Assembly: GCA_030141605.1 (NCBI GenBank)
Contig: JAQGDQ010000442.1
Span: 62,001-126,000, forward strand
From: Tubiluchus corallicola
Taxonomy: Eukaryota; Animalia; Priapulida
DNA length: 64,000 nt
Direction: 5' to 3'
In this document: positions 56,391 through 64,000 of the stretch, piece after piece
Layout: each line of letters starts with the position of its first letter
How positions within the stretch are numbered: the first letter of the stretch is position 1
Made by a program: the position numbers and the translations under genes
Notes under the pieces: generated by a model
What the model saw: the letters and a program-made list of their open reading frames with translations, nothing else
Databases searched by the model: none
Told to the model about the DNA's origin: nothing

Positions 56391-56429
56391 TTTGCACTGA
56401 TTTAGCCGTATCGGCTTCGACGTTGTACA
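55049..56429 (+). mobile_element. 5'-truncated RTE LINE insertion
   Basis: 9-bp TSD TTACAGAAA at 55040-55048 and 56430-56438; very short 3' UTR with hairpin AGCCG-TAT-CGGCT. Confidence 0.85.
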
Positions 56430-57159
56430 TTACAGAAAGCTGTGTTTTAATTTTTCTCTATTTAAACTTGAATAAGAGAGAGAACCAGAATTAAAGCATG
56501 AAATTAACAACCTAATTACTCTGATTAATGAATATCTATAAAAGCAAAAGGAAACAATATTTAGAAACAAAAATCAATCTCTGACAAACTTTGTACAATT
56601 AGAGTAAAACAATGACTGTAGATGGCAGCATAGACTAATTTAGTACTATAGTGTAGCAGACTGACAATTAAATGGGTCACATAATACTACAATCGCGTAC
56701 TCAGTACAATAAGCAACATTCTTGAATCTTATGAAAAAGCAGTCAAAACTCTCATGAGATACAATTTTACACACTCAACTAACTTGTATATTTCCAAGCA
56801 GGGCAACCTAACAGCAAAACTACCTATTCATGCATATCAAAAGGCATTGTGCATGAACAGTCACACATGGCTTTTTACACAATTTACATATGCAACTTGC
56901 AGAACAGTTTAATCAAAGAGGGGTGGGCAGCGATAGGCAAGGTCAACCAGATGTAACAGTGGGAGTATGTATTAGTTCTTAAAGCACAAGAAAACCCTTC
57001 ATAATCATTAAGCTTAAAAAATTCTTCATGAAATTTTATATCACTTACATAGTGTCCTTTTTACAAACAGGACTAGAATCGGCAGTCATGCTGTATCAAA
57101 CAGGTAAATTTAAACTCCCACTATGACCGTTAAATGCAGCCATTTTGATGATAAGTTAT

Positions 57160-57647
57160 TTGAAACAAATTTAGATAACGCTGAGTGAAGTTTGAAAAAA
57201 TAATCAGAGCATTCATAGCACACATATCACTAACTAAGTAAAATTCTTGTCAATAAGATTAAAAATACGTTTTTGGTTAGTGAGTAGAGCACCCTGGAGG
57301 GTGAGTCAGTGACGTTTTACCAATTCGCAATCACATTTTAAATTATTATTTCCAATTACATAGTCCTTCCAGCTGGTAAGCGAAATGCCAAGTAAAATAG
57401 ATTTGCATGAAAATTTTTTTGGGAGATAATTTAACGTTTCCTTTTCTTCCCTTGATTTACGTTTGCATATATGACATCATGTAATGGCGCCGTCGGAACA
57501 GTATTGTGGGAGATTTAAAATGAAAACAGACAAAAAATCCTTTCAACGCGAGTACGATGTATGCATAAAATTGCTGTAAAGTAATGTAATTTTTTTAAGA
57601 CAATTTTTCTCAAACCTACTTCAGGTACCCCTTTTCTTGTCTTTTAA
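57160..57647 (-). mobile_element. Repeat family B copy
   Basis: Ends TCAGGTACCCCTTTTCTTGTCTTTTAA, the reverse complement of the 13070 terminus. Confidence 0.7.
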
Positions 57648-58123
57648 CGCTGCATCGCTGTGGCTGATAAATTTCGCTAGCTTGCACAAGACAGTTCATT
57701 CACATACTACAGAACAACATAACGACAATATAACTGAGTCAAAGCCCACACTTTAAATTTTCCAGCTAGATGGAGCCACCTTGGCTAGACTGGCTTGGAC
57801 GGAGCAACCGCTATACGGGAGTAAATGGAGGTGTTGTTGTTGTAGATTGTTCAGATGGCTGAGAAGGAAAATAAGAAGAAGAAACAGAGTAGTAAGTTTT
57901 GCTTTCGTCTTGTCTGTCTTTTCTTACCAGCTAAACAAACTTATCAGCAGAGGATATAACAAGTTCGTGTTTGATCTTGTCCTATCCTGGTCTAGCTTAT
58001 CTTCTACCTTAAATTAATTAACATTACACTAGCAATGGCAATTAAACCTCACAATTCAGCATTGTTATCGTTATCATTAGACTAATAATTATTTATTGTC
58101 AATTTTCTTGTCATTATTATTAA

Positions 58124-58383
58124 CTCTTAGTCGACCAAGGGGATTTATATTACACTAAAGACCAAACGGAGTATTAATTTACCCCAAGACAGGTAGTATC
58201 TGGTACTTGTGCTTTGTAAAAAATCACGAATGATACTTTTCAACAAAACCAAGGTATGGTTGCATAACAAATCGAAGAATATTTAATCGCTATTAGGTTG
58301 AAAATTTTTCGTTGAGGCATCAATATAAAAATGTGAGCAAATGCTCCTGGGGTAACTTTTACTCCACCTTGGTCGGCTATGGG
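58124..58383. mobile_element. piggyBac-like MITE
   Basis: TTAA-CTCTTAGTCGACCAAGG ... CCTTGGTCGGCTATGGG-TTAA. Confidence 0.7.
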
Positions 58384-59361
58384 TTAAGTCGTTTACAAAC
58401 TTTCATTCGAAATTTTTTGATCAGGAGGTGTGTTCGAGTTGCAGTTTAGTGATGGAGAGGAAGGAAGACGATGATGATGAATGGAAGGCAGTGAGTAGTT
58501 CTTTCAGATTCATTTTATAAATAAAAAACACCAAACTGTTCAGACATTTGTTCATTTTGTTGCTGTCTTTGTTATCCATCGCTGGGTCCTCGGTAAATCA
58601 AGTAATTCCCGTGACGTCTTTGTACGGCTTTGCAGATGATTGTCAGTTTTCTCAAGGACCATGGATATATTTAATCGTACCCAGCATATCGAATTATGCA
58701 AGATTATTGTAGCTCTTCTAGAAACGGCTTTTCAAACTAAGAATCAATTCATTGTTCATATAAAATCTAGATACAATTCCGTAAAAAGTTATTAATACTA
58801 GTTCACGTAACACTGTTGTGAAAATTTTTATTTTTAATACTCGTATGAATTAAAGTCAACCAACCCACAATATAATGTAAGCGTTTGCAACATAAAATCC
58901 TACTCTCAGCAGGAATATTCAATTCATTTTATTGTAAACTTACTGCAAAACTTGTTTCTTTTGATTTCTTATAATTTCCTTCTTAGCGGTATTTTCTCGA
59001 GACGTCACTGCTACAGGGCGTACTTCTTTACACGTGAGTATAGTATGTAACCTTCAATAACCCTTAATCATAAGGTATTAGTTATGTCATTCTCGCAAAA
59101 GATACACATACGAAACATGGTAATGTACACGTACGAAACATAGTAATGCACACATACTAAACATGGTGATGTACACATACGAAATTCGTCCAAAATGTTT
59201 TTAATTCATATGATAATCTGCTAATTTAATACCAAATGAACTACAAATTCTTTCTGTAATCATAATAATACGGTAAAATACTTCAATATCTGTTAGGATT
59301 ATATTTGTTTTTTACGCTGGAGTCACAATATTCCTTTGTTTGGGGATTTTGTTTCCTGTAA

Positions 59362-59720
59362 GCTTCGTGACCCTCTGGCCCTGTGCTTCGTGACCCTCTG
59401 GTCCTGTGCTTCGTGACCCTCTAGCCCTATGCTTCGTGACCATCTAGCCCTGTGCTTCGTGACCCTCTGGCCCTGTGCTTCGTGACCATCTGGCCCTGTG
59501 CTTCGTGACCATCTAGCCCTGTGCTTCGTGACCCTCTGGCCCTGTGCTTCGTGACCCTCTGGCCCTTTGCTTTGTGACCCTCTGGCCCTGTGCTTCGTGA
59601 CCCTCTGGTCCTGTGCTTCGTGACCCTCTAGCCCTGTGCTTCATGAGCATCTAGCCCTGTGCTTCGTGACCCTCTGGCCCTGTGCTTCGTGACCATGTAG
59701 CCCTGTGTTTTGTGACCCTC
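59362..59720. repeat. ~23-bp minisatellite, about 15 copies
   Basis: (GCTTCGTGACCCTCTGGCCCTGT)n. Confidence 0.92.
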
Positions 59721-60966
59721 CAGCCCCGTGCGTGTGCGATGTTTTTAAAGAAACAAAACGGAAGACTAATAATAAATAAATAAAAATAAATACCGGGTGT
59801 ATATCAAGAAGATTCTGCTGTAAGCAAAATGTTAATTAGTAAGTCTCAAGCAGTTTCACATCTGCACTGAGACTCACACCTCCGTCTTCTTCTCTCCCGG
59901 ACGCCACGCTAAACCCTACACTACAACGGTACTAGCTTTTTAGACTTGAGAATTTACTAAGACGTTTTTTTGTTTTCTGTAGGATGTGAAAGACAAGAAG
60001 AAAGAGAAAGAAATAAGTCAACAGCTGGCAGCCAGCATTTTTGGGTGGTCACTACCAGGGCAGGTCACTGACGGGTATACTGCATAGCTACATTGGTAAG
60101 ACTCGGTTTCAAATCACTTCATTATTGTACATTGTAGTTTCAGTGTAGTGTATGTTCCAGTGTGATTCTTAGGAAAAATTCGTTTATCTTTATCCCATTT
60201 GTCGAAAAAAGGAAAATCGGGCTGAGGGAAGCAAAAAAAGTGCATAGTTTATGGCTTCACCTACGAAACAAATGATGAAAATATTAAAAGTGTAGGACGT
60301 CACAATCACTTGCTACTCTGCAGCCTATATCTTCACTACAGTTTCAAGAGAATCAACAGTGACGTCATCATGGACAGTAATGGGACAGCAGCATTAGCGC
60401 CATCTTTTGAATAACCAACACACTGCCAACACGTGAACCTGTTCTCCGGATCCCACTTCCTCTTGATCTCTAACATCTTTGTGATGCCTACCACAACATC
60501 TATTTCTGGTATGTAAACCTTAATCAGATTGTTGGTTACTAACTTACTATGGATCAATAATTACAGCTGTCAACATTTATGCAAATTGTTAGTATAAAGT
60601 AATGTTTTTATATCACTTGCTAACTGTATGTTCGGACTAGCAAATTTTGTCGCCAAATAACTTTCAAGCATGTTCAAATTAGAGAGCAAAACTTGCTGCG
60701 AATTACTCTCTGACAGTAAGCACTAGCTGACACTGACGTCTTTATTCGCTGTGAGAAGTGTCAAGAGTAGCTCGCCTTGGCGTTAGGCTCGTAAGAAATC
60801 AACTCACAGCAACTGTCAGAGAGTTTGAAATAACTTGTGGATAGTAACTCGTTCACACTCTCGAGTCTGCTGTCAGAAAGAAAACTCTCACCAGAAAACT
60901 TGCTATTTTGAATGTGCCGTAATAGACTTTGAAAAGAAGGCTAAAAATTGAGTCATATCTTTGCAG

Positions 60967-61164
60967 ACTCATATGCAATGTCTTTGATGCGAGGATCAAC
61001 ACCGCCATCTTTAACTCCACCGGGTATCCAGCTCTATCGGTTCCAGCAGGATTATCAGAACCAGACGAACTTCCTTTGGGACTCATGATAGTCAGCAGAC
61101 ATTTTGATGAAGTCACTGTGTTAAATTATGCCTATACCATGGAGCAACTGGGAGATAAAAAATA
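60967..61164 (+). pseudogene. Amidase-signature family protein, orphan last exon
   Basis: TTTGCAG acceptor, then NTAIFNSTGYPALSVPAGLSEPDELPLGLMIVSRHFDEVTVLNYAYTMEQLGDKK*, the typical amidase C-terminus. Only a degenerate candidate preceding exon (~60342-60508) is visible. Confidence 0.7.
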
Positions 61165-61732
61165 GTTTTTTAATCAGTGTGCACTAGTTCGTAACATTAT
61201 TAGTTATATTATTAAATTATTTTGCTTATTTAAATTTTTATTGAGATAAGGATAACTACTCAACTGTTGAAATGCACTGATTTTTATCTTTTGTTAATGA
61301 GGCAGCATATTAACTTGTTTGGTGTCTTTTAAATTATGTGCTGGTACATTATGTACAAAAATTGTGTGGGCTGTCTGCACTGTTGTCGGTCATGTTGGTG
61401 CAGTCTTCCACATCAGGAAGTGGTCGTGCGAGGGAATGTTTTTCTTCTTAGTTTGACTGTCTGTCTCTGTTTCTGTTTTTCGTTGATTTGAAATTACTTA
61501 GTGATCCAATATGTGAAAGTTGCATTTATTCTTTTCTATAATATTCTGAGAAGTATGTATTTTTTCTGGATCTGATAATTCTTACTAGGAGGATCATGTT
61601 TAGTCTAGAAGTTTACAAACTACTGTTCTATATCAAATTGTTTTGTAAATTTAGGGATAAACACTCCTTATTTATAGTAGTGTTCTTATTTACCTAAATA
61701 TTGCAGCTTAGTATGTGTCATAATGCATTGTC

Positions 61733-63152
61733 ATACATTTCAATCTGAACCATGCTAAATCTTTTGACATGCATTTCAATCTAAACCATGCTAAATCTTT
61801 TGACATGCATTTCAATCTGAACCATGCCAAATCTTTTGACATGTATTTCAATCTGAACCATGCTAAATCTTTTGACATGCATTTCAATCTGAACCATGCT
61901 AAAACTTTTGACATGCATTTTAATCTGAACCATGCTAAATCTTTTGACATGCATTTCAATCTGAACCATGCTAAAACTTTTGACATGCATTTTAATCTGA
62001 ACCATGCTAAATCTTTTGACATGCATTTCAATCTAAACCATGCTAAATCTTTTGACATGCATTTCAATCTAAACCATGCTAAATTTTTTGACATGCATTT
62101 CAATCTAAACCATGCTAAATCTTTTGACATGCCCTTTTAATCTGAACCATGCTAAATCTTTTGACATGCATTTCAATCTAAATCATGCTAAAGCTTTTGA
62201 CATGCTGAACCATGCTAAATCTTTTGACATGCATTATAAATAATCTGAACCATGCTAAATCTTTTGACATGCATTTCAATCTAAACCATGCTAAATCTTT
62301 TGACATGCATTTCAATCTGAACCATGCTAAATCTTTTGACATGCATTCCAATCTAAACCATGCCAAATCTTTTGACATGCATTTCAATCTGAACCATGCT
62401 AAAACTTTTGACATGCATTTCAATCTGAACCATGCTAAATCTTTTGACATGCATTTTAATCTGAACCATGCTAAATCCTTTGACATGCATTTCAATCTAA
62501 ACCATGCTAAATCTTTTGACATGCATTTTAATCTGAACCATGCTAAATCTTTTGACATGCATTTCAATCTAAATCATGCTAAAGCTTTTGACATGCTGAA
62601 CCATGCTAAATCCTTTGACATGCATTATAATCTGAACCATGCTAAATCTTTTGACATGCATTTCAATCTAAACCATGCTAAATCTTTTGACATGCATTTC
62701 AATCTAAACCATGCTAAATCTTTTGACATGCATTTCAATCTAAACCATGCTAAATCTTTTGACATGCATTTCAAAACCATGCTAAATCTTTTGACATGTG
62801 TTTCAATCTGAACCATGCTAAATCTTTTGACATGCATTTCAATCTAAACCATGCTAAATCTTTTGACATGCATTTCAATTTAAACCATGCTAAATCTTTT
62901 GACATGCATTTCAATCTGAACCATGCTAAATCTTTTGACATGCATTTCAATCTAAACCATGCTAAATCTTTTGACATGCATTTCAAACTAAGCTATGCTA
63001 AATCTTTTGACATGCATTTCAATCTAAACCATGCTAAATCTTTTGATATGCATTTCAATCTAAGCTATGCTAAATCTTTTGACATGCATTTTAATCTGTA
63101 CCATGCTAAATCTTTTGACATGCATTTTAATCTGTACCATGCTAAACCTTTT
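61733..63152. repeat. 39-bp minisatellite, about 36 copies
   Basis: (CATTTCAATCTRAACCATGCTAAATCTTTTGACATG)-type unit; explains the periodic ORFs at 61708-63185. Confidence 0.95.
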
Positions 63153-63195
63153 GAGATTACTGTGCATCTTATTCAGAGACTGTAAGTTTCACTGG

Positions 63196-63575
63196 TGTTG
63201 CGGAGATCGCTGGCATCTATTAGAATTAAAGAGAACATTGTAGAATGTTCCATTAGAATTATCATCTTACCTTGTAGAATGTTCTAGAAAGAAACTTCTG
63301 GAATGTTCCCTGGCACGCTATAAAAGGCGAAGCTGGCCTCTGGCACACACACATATGCACGCAGATTCACACGGACGCACACTTACACATTCTCTTGTAT
63401 ACTTGTATTTTCAGATACACTTAAACGTTTTCCAGATTTTCACATCTACTGTAAACATTTCGCGTTCCTTCATACTTTTGTGTTGTAGAATTCTCGCTTA
63501 ATAAACTAGTTTAATTTGATGACGTGTTTTCTGGTTTTCTCTACGAGCCTTCCGAGAGAAACAAAACACAGCAAC
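63196..63575 (+). mobile_element. Probable LTR
   Basis: TGTTGC...GCAAC ends, AGAA/TTCT repeats, TATAAAAG at ~63319, AATAAA at ~63500, followed by TGG (PBS-like). Confidence 0.5.
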
Positions 63576-64000
63576 TGGTCATCGTGGAATTTGTGTACAA
63601 CAAATCAATAACAATCTTGTTGACAGTACAAAGGTTGTACCAAAGCCATATAAGCATATGCAGAGACGATACTAGTCTTTGAGGCCTGTGTTTGAAGTAA
63701 TGGAGTTTTGCTAAACTGTGTGTGTGAAGACATGTTTTGTTCAGAAGACCCCTGTGCTCAAAGCAGTAGTGAGTAAATATTATAAAAAGATGTTTTAAAA
63801 CTTCTTATAATACTGTATGTAGAAAAAGTTTTGTCACCTTCTCTTTGTTGATCAGATTTTGGCCTTGATAGAAAAATTTTGCAAAACGCAAGTGTGTGTC
63901 ACAATTTCATTATAATTAAACAAAGACAAGCTACTGAAATGCTAATTTCTATAGGCAGTCATTGCATCATTGGTTCACTATTTGATTCCTACTCAATCCA

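Noticed and set aside
61708-63185. Multiple periodic ORFs (MSKDLAWFRLKC / HFNLNHAKSFDM)
   Set aside because: Translations of the minisatellite.

Overview
AT-rich, repeat-dense animal (invertebrate-like) genomic DNA; most listed ORFs are artefacts of tandem repeats. The only intact host gene I can reconstruct is a sodium:solute symporter of the SLC5A5/6/8/12 (NIS/SMVT/SMCT) subfamily on the minus strand, with 15 coding exons (38411 down to 7603, about 668 aa, all introns GT-AG with consistent phases). Around it are an orphan astacin protease exon (2484-2758, minus) and an orphan amidase 3' exon (60967-61164, plus). Mobile DNA includes a decayed, intron-rich THAP + DDE (Kolobok-type) transposase gene (47496-54341, minus), two copies of a 5S rRNA-headed SINE with an RTE-derived tail, a young 5'-truncated RTE LINE with a TSD, and an internally deleted Gmr1-type Gypsy LTR element. 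There are also many MITEs (hAT, Tc1/pogo, piggyBac, TTAA/Kolobok-like) and several satellite arrays. The least explained structure is a repeated ~1.45 kb module (44030-47170, related copy at 59690-60150) with strong splice signals around short non-coding exons, pointing convergently at the transposase. All family assignments come from recalled motifs, not database searches.
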